Below the pieces are notes generated by a model. It was given only the letters and a program-made list of their open reading frames with translations. It was not told the DNA's origin and made no database searches. The position numbers and the translations under genes are program-made. From positions 1-64,000 of the forward strand of contig JBGAQA010000019.1 of NCBI GenBank assembly GCA_044220955.1: a stretch of 64,000 nucleotides of DNA, written 5' to 3'. Shown piece by piece: positions 17,790-28,154 of the stretch; positions within the stretch are counted from its first letter, which is position 1; each line of letters starts with the position of its first letter. Source of the stretch: Sandaracinaceae bacterium. Its GTDB lineage: Bacteria; Myxococcota_A; Polyangia; Polyangiales; Sandaracinaceae.

Positions 17790-20084
17790 GTGGTCGCGGC
17801 CCACGGAGTGCTCGCCGGGATTGCAGCTGGGATGCTCGCGGGGCTCGTGGCCGGCGGCTTCGCGGGGGGCGGCGCGCCCGTCCTGGCGCTGATCCCGCTC
17901 GCGGCGGGGACCCTCGTGTTCGTCGTCGGCGCTCGGGTCCGCCGGCCACGAGCGTGGGTCACCGTCGCGCTGATGTTCGCCGCGGCGGCGGGCGGCACGG
18001 CGCTCGCGCCCGCGACGGAGCACCCAGGGCGCGGGGGCACGCGCGTGATCGCCGGGACCATCGAGCGCTGCGACGCGGGCGGATGCACCGTCCGCGTGGA
18101 CGCCCTGGACGGCACGCCGGTGCGGACCCGCGCGCGGCTTCACGGGCTCACCGGCGCACCGGGCGACCGGGTGACGTCGACGGCGGACCTGCGCCCGCGC
18201 GCCCGCTTCCGGAACCCGAGCCCGCACCCGGACTGGCCGAGCGTCGAGCCGATCGCGTGGGCGGGCCGCGTGCACGAGAGCACCACCCTGCGCCAGCCCG
18301 CGAGCGCCGGGCGCCGCGCGATCGAGGCGCTGCGCGCGCGCATCCGCGCCGGGATCGAGCGCACGCTCGAGCCCCCGACGCGCGGCCTGGTGCTCGCGCT
18401 CGTGCTCGGAGACGAGGCCGACGTCGACGGCGCGTCCGCGGCGAGCGTGCGGGCGGCCGGGCTGACGCACGTGCTGGCCGTGTCCGGCATGCACGTGACG
18501 CTCGTCGTCGGCGCGCTGCTCCATGCACTGCTGCGCCTGCTGCGGCGGCCGGCGATCGCCGCGTACGTCGACCCGACCCGCATCGCGCACGGCCTCGCCG
18601 CACCGCTCGCGCTCGTCTACGCCGAGATCGCCGGGGGCTCGCCGTCCGCGTACCGGGCGGCGACGACGGCTGCCATCTCGTGGTGGCTGCGGGCCGCGGG
18701 CCGACGTCCCGACGCCATCGGGACCAGCGCCCTGGCCGCGCTCGTGTTCGTCGCGGTCGATCCGGCGAGCGCGCTGCGGCCGGCCTTCGTCCTCTCGATC
18801 GCCGCGACCGCGGCGGTCGTCGAGATGCCCGCCGAGCTGACGCTCGAGACGCTCGCGCGCGGGAGCACGCGCGCGTCCGTCGCGACGGCGCCACTCGTGC
18901 TCTGGTGCTTCGAGGGTGTGCCGCTCGTCGCGCTGGCGGCGAACGTGCTGCTGCTGCCGATCGTGGCGGCGCTGGTGCTCCCGCTCGCGACCCTGCACGC
19001 GCTGCTCGGCGCGATCGACCCGGACCTCGCCAGCCCGAGCGCGTTCGTGCTGGACGGGGTGTGCCGGGGGTTCGTCGGTGCGTGCGACGCGCTCGGAACG
19101 ATCGACGCCGGGCGTGGACTGCCGCCCCTCGACGTCGCGCAGGGGCTGGTCCTCACGGCCGCGGCGACGGCGCTGCTCGTCGTCCGCGGCGCGCGGCTGC
19201 GGCTCGCTACCGTCGCGATCGCCCTGGTCGCGCTGGCGGGAGCCGAGGCGAGCCTGCGGACGCGGGAGCTGCCACGGGGCGAGCTCCGGCTCACTTTCCT
19301 CGACGTCGGACAGGGCGACGCGGCCCTGGTGGATCTCCCCGACGGCTCGCTGATGGTGGTGGACGCCGGCGGCGCGTTCCAGGGCGGCGCCGACCCCGGA
19401 GCGCGCGTCCTCGTGCCGCTCTTGCGCGCGCGGCGGCGGGCGCGGATCGATCGGCTCGTCGTCACGCACCCGCACCCGGATCACTACGGCGGGGTCGCCG
19501 CGCTGGCCGCGCGCTTTCCGATCGACGAGGTCTGGGACAGCGGGCAGGCGCTCGAAGAGGACCCGACCGGCGCGTGGGCGCGCGCGCTCGGTGGCCTCGG
19601 GCGGCGTGCGCGCGTCGAAGATCCGCGCACGCTCTGCGACAGACCCGTCGTGCGGGGGGGCGCGCGCCTCGAGCTGCTCTGGCCGTGCCCCGCGTTCGAC
19701 CCCGGCTGGGACGCGAACGACAACTCGATCGTTCTGAGGATCACCTACGGCACGCGCTCGTTCTTGCTGATGGGGGACGCCGAGGCGCACGCCGAGTCGG
19801 CGCTGCTCGCGCGAGGCCTCCGCGGGCCCGTGGACGTGCTCAAGCTCGGGCACCATGGCTCGCACACCTCGAGCACGGACGCCTTCGTGGCCGCCGTGGC
19901 CCCGCGCCTGGCCATCGTGAGCGCGGGCGTCGGCAACCGCTTCGGCCACCCGCACGAGGACGTGATGGATCGGCTGGCGGCCCGGGGCATCGACGTCCTG
20001 CGCACCGATCTCGACGGCGGGATCGTGGTGCACACCGACGGGCACGCGCTCGGCGCCGAGGCGTGGAGCGGCGCGCGCCGATGA
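17790..20084 (+). CDS. comEC: DNA internalization competence protein ComEC/Rec2
   Basis: GLTHVLAVSGMHV; metallo-beta-lactamase domain FLDVGQGDA, THPHPDHYGG, HHGS, NRFGHPH. Start approximate. Confidence 0.93.
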   Translation: MVAAHGVLAGIAAGMLAGLVAGGFAGGGAPVLALIPLAAGTLVFVVGARVRRPRAWVTVALMFAAAAGGTALAPATEHPGRGGTRVIAGTIERCDAGGCTVRVDALDGTPVRTRARLHGLTGAPGDRVTSTADLRPRARFRNPSPHPDWPSVEPIAWAGRVHESTTLRQPASAGRRAIEALRARIRAGIERTLEPPTRGLVLALVLGDEADVDGASAASVRAAGLTHVLAVSGMHVTLVVGALLHALLRLLRRPAIAAYVDPTRIAHGLAAPLALVYAEIAGGSPSAYRAATTAAISWWLRAAGRRPDAIGTSALAALVFVAVDPASALRPAFVLSIAATAAVVEMPAELTLETLARGSTRASVATAPLVLWCFEGVPLVALAANVLLLPIVAALVLPLATLHALLGAIDPDLASPSAFVLDGVCRGFVGACDALGTIDAGRGLPPLDVAQGLVLTAAATALLVVRGARLRLATVAIALVALAGAEASLRTRELPRGELRLTFLDVGQGDAALVDLPDGSLMVVDAGGAFQGGADPGARVLVPLLRARRRARIDRLVVTHPHPDHYGGVAALAARFPIDEVWDSGQALEEDPTGAWARALGGLGRRARVEDPRTLCDRPVVRGGARLELLWPCPAFDPGWDANDNSIVLRITYGTRSFLLMGDAEAHAESALLARGLRGPVDVLKLGHHGSHTSSTDAFVAAVAPRLAIVSAGVGNRFGHPHEDVMDRLAARGIDVLRTDLDGGIVVHTDGHALGAEAWSGARR

Positions 20085-20087
20085 GCG

Positions 20088-21170
20088 TCACTCGAGCGCG
20101 CTCTTCTCCACCTGCGACTCGAGGTACGCCTTGATCTTGCCCTGCAGGCGCTTCTCGAGCTGGCGGACGCGCTCGCGTGACACGCCGAACTGCTCGCCGA
20201 GCTCCTGCAGCGTCTTGGGCTCCTCGCTCATCAGGCGCTCCTTGAAGATGACCTCTTCCTTGCCCTTCAGCGTCTTGCCGAACTCGTGGATCTTCTCGCT
20301 GAGCATCTCGCTGAGCTCGCCCTCGGCGAGCTGCACGTCCGCGCCGGCGTCGCCGCTCGGCATCGACTCGATGCGCGAGGTCGGCTTGCCTTCCGACTGC
20401 CCGATCGGCGCGTCGAGCGAGACCTCGCCGGTGGAGAGGCGGCGGTCCATGTGGACGACCTCCTCCGTGGGGACGTCGAGGTTCTTGGCGATCAGCTCCG
20501 GCGTCGGGTCGATCCCCATCGCGGAGAGGCGCGCCTTCTCCTTCTTGAGGTTGAAGAAGAGCTTCCGCTGCGCCTGGGTCGTGCCGACCTTCACCAGGCG
20601 CCAGTTGTTGAGGATGAAGCGCAGGATGTACGCGCGGATCCACCACGCCGCGTAGCTCGAGAGCTTCACGCCGCGGTACGGGTCGTACTTCTTCACGGCC
20701 TGCATCAGGCCGATGTTCCCCTCCTGGACGAGGTCGAGGATGTTCCGGTACGCGCGCTTGTAGTCGAACGCGATCTTCACCACGAGGCGCAGGTTCGAAG
20801 TGACGAGCTTCTTGGCAGCGTCGACGTCGCCGGTGCTCAGGTACTTCACCGCGAGCTCGTGCGTCTCTTCGGGCGTCAGCAGCGAGTAGCGCTGCACGTC
20901 ACGCATGTAGGCCTGCAGCGGATCGGTCGTCGCGAGCGGCCCGGGCGACCCGCGCGGCACGAGCGCCGCGACCTTCTCGGGGGCCAGCTCCGCCTCGAAC
21001 TCGAGCTCACCTTCGGCGGGGCCGGCCCCGACCACCTCGCCGTCGAGCGGCTCGTCGTCCGCGCTCCGCTCGCGCGGCACCTCGCTGGCGTCGACGACCT
21101 CGCCCTCGAGAGCGTCGTCGGGCTCGCGCGCGGGCTCGGCCGACCTCGGTGCTTTCTTCTTGCCAGCCAT
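20088..21170 (-). CDS. rpoH: RNA polymerase sigma factor, sigma32/RpoH type
   Basis: [19 protein letters not shown], RpoH box QRKLFFNL, region 4 [10 protein letters not shown]. Confidence 0.9.
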   Translation of the reverse strand: MAGKKKAPRSAEPAREPDDALEGEVVDASEVPRERSADDEPLDGEVVGAGPAEGELEFEAELAPEKVAALVPRGSPGPLATTDPLQAYMRDVQRYSLLTPEETHELAVKYLSTGDVDAAKKLVTSNLRLVVKIAFDYKRAYRNILDLVQEGNIGLMQAVKKYDPYRGVKLSSYAAWWIRAYILRFILNNWRLVKVGTTQAQRKLFFNLKKEKARLSAMGIDPTPELIAKNLDVPTEEVVHMDRRLSTGEVSLDAPIGQSEGKPTSRIESMPSGDAGADVQLAEGELSEMLSEKIHEFGKTLKGKEEVIFKERLMSEEPKTLQELGEQFGVSRERVRQLEKRLQGKIKAYLESQVEKSALE

Positions 21171-21243
21171 CGGGAGCGGGAATGTGGCCCCGCGGGCGGC
21201 CCGCCGCCACCCATCCGGAACGCGGCAGACGCTCCCCCGGACC

Positions 21244-22200
21244 TCAGGCCATCGGCTGGCGATGGAACGCCGCGTAGCGGCCCGTCACGTGGTACTCGAG
21301 CTGCCGCTCGATGTCGCTGAGCAGGCTGCTCGCGCCGAAGCGGAAGAGGAACGGGTCGAGCCAGTCGTTCCCGAGCTCGTCCTTCACCAGCGCGAGCCAG
21401 TCGAGCGACTGCTTGGCGGTCTTGATCCCGCCGGCCGGCTTGAAGCCGACCTTGAAGCCGGTGCGCTCCTCGTACTCGCGGATCGCGCGCATCATCACCA
21501 GCGAGAAGGGCAAGGTCGCGTTGATCGACTCCTTGCCGGTGCTCGTCTTGATGAAGTCGGCGCCCGCCATCATCGCGACCCAGCTCGCCTTGCCGACGTT
21601 CTTGAGCGTGCCGAGCTCACCGGTGGCGAGGATCGCCTTGAGGCGAGCGGCGCCGCACGCCTCGCGCATCGCCTTCACCTCGTCGTAGAGCCTCTGCCAG
21701 TCGTTCTCGAGCACGAGCCCGCGGTGGATGACGATGTCGATCTCCTTCGCGCCGGCGGCCACCGAGCGGCGGATCTCCTCGAGGCGCGTGTCGAGCGGCG
21801 TCAGACCCGCCGGAAACCCGGTGGAGACCGCGGCCACCGGGATGCCCGAGCCCCCGAGCTCGTTCACGGCGACGGGGACGAGCGCGTGATAGACGCAGAC
21901 GGCGCCCGTGTGGATCGGGAGCTTCGTCGCGCCGAGCGCCTCGAGCACCTCGTCCTTGACCGGACGCCGCGCCTTCGCGCACAGCCGCCTCACGTTGCCC
22001 TCGGTGTCGTCACCGCCGAGCGTGGTGAGATCGATGCAGGTGATCGCCTTCAGGAGCCACGCGAGCTGCCACTCCTTCTTGATCGAGCGGCGCGTGCCGA
22101 TCGTGGCGGCGCGGCGCTCGACGGCGCTGCGGTTGATGCGGACTTCCTCGACCCACTCGAGGTGCAGATCGGTGCCGACGTTTCGCGGGTGAGCGGTCAT
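21244..22200 (-). CDS. deoC: Deoxyribose-phosphate aldolase (long form)
   Basis: [37 protein letters not shown]. Confidence 0.95.
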   Translation of the reverse strand: MTAHPRNVGTDLHLEWVEEVRINRSAVERRAATIGTRRSIKKEWQLAWLLKAITCIDLTTLGGDDTEGNVRRLCAKARRPVKDEVLEALGATKLPIHTGAVCVYHALVPVAVNELGGSGIPVAAVSTGFPAGLTPLDTRLEEIRRSVAAGAKEIDIVIHRGLVLENDWQRLYDEVKAMREACGAARLKAILATGELGTLKNVGKASWVAMMAGADFIKTSTGKESINATLPFSLVMMRAIREYEERTGFKVGFKPAGGIKTAKQSLDWLALVKDELGNDWLDPFLFRFGASSLLSDIERQLEYHVTGRYAAFHRQPMA

Positions 22201-22379
22201 CGGCGCGCATCATCGCGCGGCGCGCGCGCCACTGACAAGCTGTCGATCCGAGCGCGGCGGCGCCCCTCGTCGTCCGCCACGTTGGCGAGGTCGCACGCGC
22301 TTCCGCCGTGTTCCGGCGGGGACCCCTCCGCGCAGGCGAGATCACGCCCGCGGGCACGGCTCCTGCTGCGGGATCGCGC

Positions 22380-23267
22380 ATGACCCTCGCTCCGGGTTCT
22401 CTCCGCCTCGCCTGCGTCGCGGCCACGCTCACCCTCGCCGGCATCGCCGCCGGACGCGGGAGCGCGTGGCTCCTCGCCGGTGCCGTCCCACGTGTCCCCT
22501 CGCCTGCCCTCGCGCCCGCGACGCTGCCGCCCGAGCCGACGCCCGACGCCTGCGCGCTGCTCGCGCGCCCGTCGCTCTTCGGGTCCGCGCTCGGGATCGA
22601 CTGCGTCGGTCCTCCGGCGGGGCCGTCGGCCGCACCGCCCGACCGCGACGCCGCCGCTCCGCCCTGCCCGGCGACCCTGCGCCTCGTCGGCGCCGTGGTC
22701 CCGCGCGGCGCGGCGAGCGCGCCCTTCGCGGCGATCACGGACGGGACCGGCGCCTCGCTTCTCTATGCCGAGGGGATGCGCGTGGGGGAGCGCCGCGTGG
22801 TCGCGATCGCCCGCGACGAGGTCCGGCTCTCGGACGGCGCGCACGAGTGCCGACTCACGATGTTCCGGCGTGCGCCCGCGCCGGAGGGGTCGCTGGCGCG
22901 GCCCTCGACGCAGCCGCCCCCCGACGCCGAGGTCGTCCCGACGGGGCCGGACTCGTTCCGCGTCTCGCGTGCGCTCGTCGAGCGGCTCGTGTCGTCCGGC
23001 GAGCTCGTCACGACGCTGCGCGCGATCCCGCACACGACCGAGACGGGCGCCGTCGACGGCTTCCGGCTCTTCGGCATCCGGGCGGGCAGCGTCGCCGCGC
23101 GCCTCGGCATCGCCAACGGCGACGCGCTCACGCACGTCGACGACATCGCGCTCACGGACGCCGGGGCGGCGCTCGACGCCCTGACCGCGCTTCGCCAGAG
23201 CGCCCACGCGACGCTGCGCGTGATCCGCCGCGGGCAGCCCATCACGCTCCGCTACGTCCTCGACTGA
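22380..23267 (+). CDS. Type II secretion GspC-like protein with a C-terminal PDZ domain
   Basis: N-terminal hydrophobic segment; LRLVGAV HR-like domain; GFRLFGIRAGSVAARLGIANGD PDZ. Start uncertain. Confidence 0.75.
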   Translation: MTLAPGSLRLACVAATLTLAGIAAGRGSAWLLAGAVPRVPSPALAPATLPPEPTPDACALLARPSLFGSALGIDCVGPPAGPSAAPPDRDAAAPPCPATLRLVGAVVPRGAASAPFAAITDGTGASLLYAEGMRVGERRVVAIARDEVRLSDGAHECRLTMFRRAPAPEGSLARPSTQPPPDAEVVPTGPDSFRVSRALVERLVSSGELVTTLRAIPHTTETGAVDGFRLFGIRAGSVAARLGIANGDALTHVDDIALTDAGAALDALTALRQSAHATLRVIRRGQPITLRYVLD

Positions 23268-23328
23268 CCCGGCCGAGCGCCGGGCGCCGCGTTCCTGCGG
23301 CGGCGCGGTTGCGGTATCCTCGGGACCG

Positions 23329-24906
23329 ATGCGCGATCGGCCGTCTTCTTCGCGGGCAGCGGGTCCGGGCGGCCCGGACGTGACCGCGACGCGCCCCTTG
23401 GGCGGGGGCGGCGGTCTTCGCGTGCCCGACGCGCCCCCGCCGCCCCCCGCGCGCTCGCGCGGCGGGCTCGGTCCCGGAGACAGCGTCGCCGGCTACGAGC
23501 TCGTGCAGCGCGTGAAGTCAGGCGGCATGGGCTCGCTCTGGATCGGCCGGCGCAGCGGCGTCGGCGGCTTCGCCAAGCACGTCGCGATCAAGGTCATCCA
23601 CCCGCACCTCGGGGACAACGAGGACTTCGTGCGGATGTTCCTCGACGAGGCGCGCCTGACCGCGCGGATCGCCCATCCGAACGTGATCCAGGTCTTCGAC
23701 GTGGGTCTCGACGACGGCGTCTACTTCATGGTGATGGAGCTCGTCCCCGGATGCTCGCTCGCCGACGTCACGCGCGTCGTGGGCGAGCGGGGCCGGCGCC
23801 TGCGCCCCGAGCTCGCGATCGCGATCGTGCGCGAGCTGGCTCTCGGCCTGCACGCCGCCCACGAGCTGCGCGGCGAGACCGGCGTGCCGCTCGGGCTCGT
23901 CCATCGCGACGTGAGCCCGGACAACGTGCTCCTCGGCACGCACGGCGCGGTGAAGCTCATCGACTTCGGCATCGCGAAGGCGGCCGAGCGCCTGCACGAG
24001 ACGCGGCAGCCCACGCTCAAGGGCAAGCTCCGCTACCTCGCCCCCGAACAGCTCTCGGGCACGGTCGATCGCCGCACGGACGTGTTCGCGCTGGGGGTCG
24101 TCCTCTGGGAGCTGCTCGCCGGGCAGCGGCTCTACGAGGGCGCCTCCGACGCGGAGATCCTCGATCGGGTGCGCGACCCGGCTCTGCCGCCCCCGAGCTC
24201 GCTCGTGCCCGAGGCCGGCCCGGCGATGGATCGGCTCGTCGCGAGCCTCACGGCGGCCCACCCGGACGCGCGACCGGCGACGGCCGCGGACGCGGCGCGG
24301 CTCGTGCTGCAGGCGCTCCCGTCGTCGGGCGCGCTCGGTGCGCCGCCGATCGCGCAGCTGGCGCTCGCGACGGCGGCGACCGGTGCCGGGGTCGGGACGT
24401 CGCTCGAGCCGCCCATGCCCGCGCCTCCGATCGAGGCGCTGACCGCCGAGCGCGCGCCGCAGTCGGCGCTCACGACCGGCCGCATCGTGCTGCCGCGCGG
24501 CGCAGCGCACCCTCCCCCCTCGCGCGCACCGCTCGTGGTGGCCGCGATCGGGCTGACCGTGATCGTCGTGCTCGCGCTCGTGATCGCGTTCTACCCGCCG
24601 ACGACGCCGCCCGAGATGCGCGCGCACGCCTTGCCGGTGGTGACGTCGACGACCACACCCGGACGCCCGACGACCCCGACCGCCCCGCCGCCGGTCGCCG
24701 CCCACGCGCCGATCTTTCCGCTGCCGACACCGCCGGCGCACGTCGAGTCCGCGATCCCGGCGCCACCGCCGCGCGCCGCCGCCGAGCCGATGGAAGCGGC
24801 CCCGACGCGAGAGGCGAGCACGCCGGCCACCACACACCGCGCGCCGGCCCGCCGCGAGGGTCGCGCGACGGTGGTCGATGGGACTACGCTCGCGCACGAG
24901 CTGTGA
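23329..24906 (+). CDS. Membrane Ser/Thr protein kinase
   Basis: GGMG, VAIK, HRDVSPDNVL, DFG, YLAPEQ; TM helix and a Pro-rich tail. Confidence 0.93.
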   Translation: MRDRPSSSRAAGPGGPDVTATRPLGGGGGLRVPDAPPPPPARSRGGLGPGDSVAGYELVQRVKSGGMGSLWIGRRSGVGGFAKHVAIKVIHPHLGDNEDFVRMFLDEARLTARIAHPNVIQVFDVGLDDGVYFMVMELVPGCSLADVTRVVGERGRRLRPELAIAIVRELALGLHAAHELRGETGVPLGLVHRDVSPDNVLLGTHGAVKLIDFGIAKAAERLHETRQPTLKGKLRYLAPEQLSGTVDRRTDVFALGVVLWELLAGQRLYEGASDAEILDRVRDPALPPPSSLVPEAGPAMDRLVASLTAAHPDARPATAADAARLVLQALPSSGALGAPPIAQLALATAATGAGVGTSLEPPMPAPPIEALTAERAPQSALTTGRIVLPRGAAHPPPSRAPLVVAAIGLTVIVVLALVIAFYPPTTPPEMRAHALPVVTSTTTPGRPTTPTAPPPVAAHAPIFPLPTPPAHVESAIPAPPPRAAAEPMEAAPTREASTPATTHRAPARREGRATVVDGTTLAHEL

Positions 24907-25919
24907 CCGCCCGATCCGCCCTCGCCCTCGCCCTCGGACTCTCGTGCGTGGCCGCCTCCAGCGTCGGCTGCAGCTCGGGCGGCGGCGACCTGACCGAGCT
25001 CGTGGTGGTCGTGCGCGCGGACGTCGCGGTGCCGCGTCTGCGAGTGACGGTGGCAGGGCCCGACGGAGTCGTCGCCGTCGACGAGCAGCGCCTCGCCCCG
25101 AGCCTGCCGCTCTCGCTCGTCTTGCTGCGCGAGCGGGCCCCCTTCGGCCCGATCACCGTCCACGCGGAGGGCGGCGACGTCGTCTCCGACACGGTCACCG
25201 AGTTCAGCCCGGGCCAGCGGCGGCGCCTCGACGTCTGGCTCTCCGCCAGCTGTGCATGCACGGCCTGTGGGGCCTCGCAGACGTGCCGCGAGGGAAGCTG
25301 TCAGGATCGGCACGTCCCGGCGAGCGATCTGCCGCGCTGGACGCCCGGCACCGACGCGGGCGTCGCCGCCCCTCGCGACGCGGGCGGGCCGATCGACGTC
25401 GGCCCGCCGCCGGACGGCGGCCCCCCCTGCGGCTGCTCCGCCCAGCCCTGCTGCGGCGGCTCGTGCCGCGGCGGACTGAGCTGCCGCATGGATGTCTGCC
25501 GGGACTGCTCTTCCTCGAGCCCGACGCTCACGGGTACGACGGGCGCCTCCACGCGGCTCACCGCCGCGTCCGCGACGGGCGACACGATGTGGATCAGCAA
25601 GAGCGAAGGGGGAAGCATCACGCAGTCGCCCATCGCGCTCGCGGGCGGCCTGCGGGCGACGGGCACGGCGCCCTTCGTGCTCCTCACCGGGATGTCCGGC
25701 ACCGGCAGCGTGATCACGGTGCGCGGGCCCTCGGCGTCGACGGCGACCCTGATGCTCGAAGGGGCCGCCGTGTCGGGATCGTTCGTCGCGCCGACGCGGC
25801 CCGACGGCAGCGAGGGCTGGCTCGCGAGCGCGACGGCGTCCGGGCACACGCTGACGCTGACGGCGTGGGATGGCTCGTCCGGCACGCTCACGTTCACGCC
25901 GCTGGAGACGTGCCGGTGA
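24903..25919 (+). CDS. Cys-rich putative lipoprotein
   Basis: GTG overlaps the kinase stop; lipobox-like SVGC; TELVVVV domain followed by Cys-rich repeats. Confidence 0.75.
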   Translation: MTARSALALALGLSCVAASSVGCSSGGGDLTELVVVVRADVAVPRLRVTVAGPDGVVAVDEQRLAPSLPLSLVLLRERAPFGPITVHAEGGDVVSDTVTEFSPGQRRRLDVWLSASCACTACGASQTCREGSCQDRHVPASDLPRWTPGTDAGVAAPRDAGGPIDVGPPPDGGPPCGCSAQPCCGGSCRGGLSCRMDVCRDCSSSSPTLTGTTGASTRLTAASATGDTMWISKSEGGSITQSPIALAGGLRATGTAPFVLLTGMSGTGSVITVRGPSASTATLMLEGAAVSGSFVAPTRPDGSEGWLASATASGHTLTLTAWDGSSGTLTFTPLETCR

Positions 25920-26692
25920 GGCGGCTCGCCCTCGCCCTCGCGCTCGCGGCGCTCCTGTCCGGACCGCCCTCGGCCGCCGGGGCGCAGTCGAGCGACGACG
26001 ATCACGCGGCCGCGCTCGCGATGATGCAGGCGGGGGTGCTCGCCGCGCAGGACGGCGACTGGGAGTCGGCGCGCGTCGCCTTCTCGCGCGCGTACTCTCT
26101 CGTCGCCTCGACGCGCGTGCTGATGAACCTCGCCGGCGCGCAGCGCCACACGGGTCGGCTGCTCGAGGCCCGGGCGAGCTACGAGCAGTGGCTGCGCGAC
26201 GCGACCGAGCGCGACGCACCCTACCGGGCGACGGTCGAGCAGGCGCTCCTCGAGCTCGAGAGCGAGACGCCGCGCGTCCACGTGAGGGTCGAGGGCGCGA
26301 TCCCCGGCGACACGATCGAGCTGGACGGCGAGGCGATCGAGCCGGACGTCGACGCGCCCGCCAACCCGGGCCCACACACGGTCGCCCTGCGGCGCGCCGG
26401 GGAGACGGTCGCCAGCGAGCGGCTCGAGCTGGCGATCGGCGAGACGCGCGCCCTCGCGCTCACGGCGCCGGGCGCAGCGATCCCGGATCCCGGTCCGACG
26501 CCGCCGACGCGCTCGTCGCTCTTCACGACGCGCACGGAGGGAGACGGCTCGCCCTCGCCGTGGATCTGGGTGGGCGTGGGCGCGGGCGCGGCGGTCCTCG
26601 TCGGGGTGATCATCGGCGTCGCGGTCGCCGCCTCCCCGAGCGGCGGGCCGCCCGGTCCGGACATGGGCACCCTCGGCCCCTTCCGCCTCTGA
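25916..26692 (+). CDS. TPR + PEGA-like exported protein with a C-terminal TM helix
   Basis: Signal peptide; TPR AFSRAYSL..GRLLEARASYEQWL; NPGPHTV; WIWVGVG anchor. Confidence 0.8.
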   Translation: MRRLALALALAALLSGPPSAAGAQSSDDDHAAALAMMQAGVLAAQDGDWESARVAFSRAYSLVASTRVLMNLAGAQRHTGRLLEARASYEQWLRDATERDAPYRATVEQALLELESETPRVHVRVEGAIPGDTIELDGEAIEPDVDAPANPGPHTVALRRAGETVASERLELAIGETRALALTAPGAAIPDPGPTPPTRSSLFTTRTEGDGSPSPWIWVGVGAGAAVLVGVIIGVAVAASPSGGPPGPDMGTLGPFRL

Positions 26693-26738
26693 AGCTCCCA
26701 GGGCGCGCGCCAGGCCCCGAACCTGCTACGCCACCCCG

Positions 26739-28079
26739 GTGCAGCCGCAAGCGATCGAGGCGATGGAGCGCGCCCTGCGCGCCGGGACGCGCGACGAGGC
26801 GTGGGCGGCCATCGAGCCCTTGCACGCGCTCTTGCCGACCGAGCCCGACATCGCCGAGGCGTGGCTGACGCTCCTCACCGTCTCGCCGGGGCGGCCACGC
26901 GCGGCCGAGGACGCGCTGCTCGTGCTCGACCAGCACGCGCGTGACGAGGGTCTGGTGGCGCGTGCGCTCGCCGTCCTCATCGCGGTCGCGGATCTCGTGC
27001 CGTTCGACGAGCCCCGACGCCCCGGCGACGCCGCCGAGGTGGCGGTGCGCGCGGCCCGCGCCGCCCTCGCGCGCACGCCGGGCTCGCCGCCGCTCCTGGC
27101 CGCCCTCGGCAACTCCCTGGTGCGCCTCGGCCCAGGGCACGACGAGGAGGCGCTCGCCAGCCTCGAGCGGGCGATCGTCCTCGACCCGCGCGGAGAGTGG
27201 CTCTCGGACCTCGGCGTCCTGCACAAGCGCGCGCGCCGCTTCCGCGCGGCGCTCGCCGCGTTCGACAAGGCGCGCGCGAAGCTGGGGGATCTTCGTCCGC
27301 TGCTCTTCCACACCGCGCTCGCTGCCCTGGCGACGGGCCAGGACGCGACGGCGCGCGAGGCCCTCGAGAAGATCGGCTTCCGCGTGGAGGGTGCGGCGCG
27401 TCCCTTCGTGCCCGATCTGCCGCAGACGGAGATCCGCCTGCCGACGATCGGGACGGGGCGCGCGAGCTTCGCGGCCGTGCCCGACGAGGCGGCGGGGTTC
27501 GAGCGAGTGTGGATGCAGCCACTGTCTCCGGTCCACGGCGTCGTGCGCACGCCGACGCACCGCGAGGCCATCGCCGACTTCGGGGACGTCGTGCTGGTCG
27601 ATCCCGCGCCGGTCGCGCACCGGGTCGAGGCGGGAAAGCGCCGCCCGGTGCTCGGCGTGCTCGGCGTGCTGGCGAAGGGAGACGAGCGGCGCCTTCCGTT
27701 CCTCGGGCTCGAGCAGCAGCCCGGCGACGCCGCCGCGATCGGCGCAGCGCTGCCCGAGGGCTGCGTCTTCTACGAGCACGGGACCCGCATCGAGCGCATC
27801 TGCCCGCGCTGCGCGGCCGGCGAGACGCTCACCAAGCACGCGCACCTGCCACCCGAGGAGCACCGCGCGGTGTTCGGCAAGCTCGTCGTGCCCGCGAGCG
27901 TGCCGCTGGGGTCGGTCCGGACGGCCCTCGAGACGGCGCGCGCCGCACGCCCCGGCGTCATGCTCGCGATCCCCGGGCTCTACGAGGCGCTCCGGGACAC
28001 GGCGGCCGCGGGGAAGGCCCACAAGGCGTGGGGCGCGATCGAGCGCGGCGTCCTGGTCCGCGAGGTCGCCACCCGCTGA
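26739..28079 (+). CDS. TPR-containing hypothetical protein
   Basis: TPR-like helices (EEALASLERAIVLDP); C-terminal CPRC..H.H. Confidence 0.75.
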   Translation: MQPQAIEAMERALRAGTRDEAWAAIEPLHALLPTEPDIAEAWLTLLTVSPGRPRAAEDALLVLDQHARDEGLVARALAVLIAVADLVPFDEPRRPGDAAEVAVRAARAALARTPGSPPLLAALGNSLVRLGPGHDEEALASLERAIVLDPRGEWLSDLGVLHKRARRFRAALAAFDKARAKLGDLRPLLFHTALAALATGQDATAREALEKIGFRVEGAARPFVPDLPQTEIRLPTIGTGRASFAAVPDEAAGFERVWMQPLSPVHGVVRTPTHREAIADFGDVVLVDPAPVAHRVEAGKRRPVLGVLGVLAKGDERRLPFLGLEQQPGDAAAIGAALPEGCVFYEHGTRIERICPRCAAGETLTKHAHLPPEEHRAVFGKLVVPASVPLGSVRTALETARAARPGVMLAIPGLYEALRDTAAAGKAHKAWGAIERGVLVREVATR

Positions 28080-28154
28080 CGACGCCCGGACGCGGTGGCT
28101 CTGGTATCGTAGCCATTCGGGGACGCCGACCTCGCCTGTTTCTCGGAGACTCGC

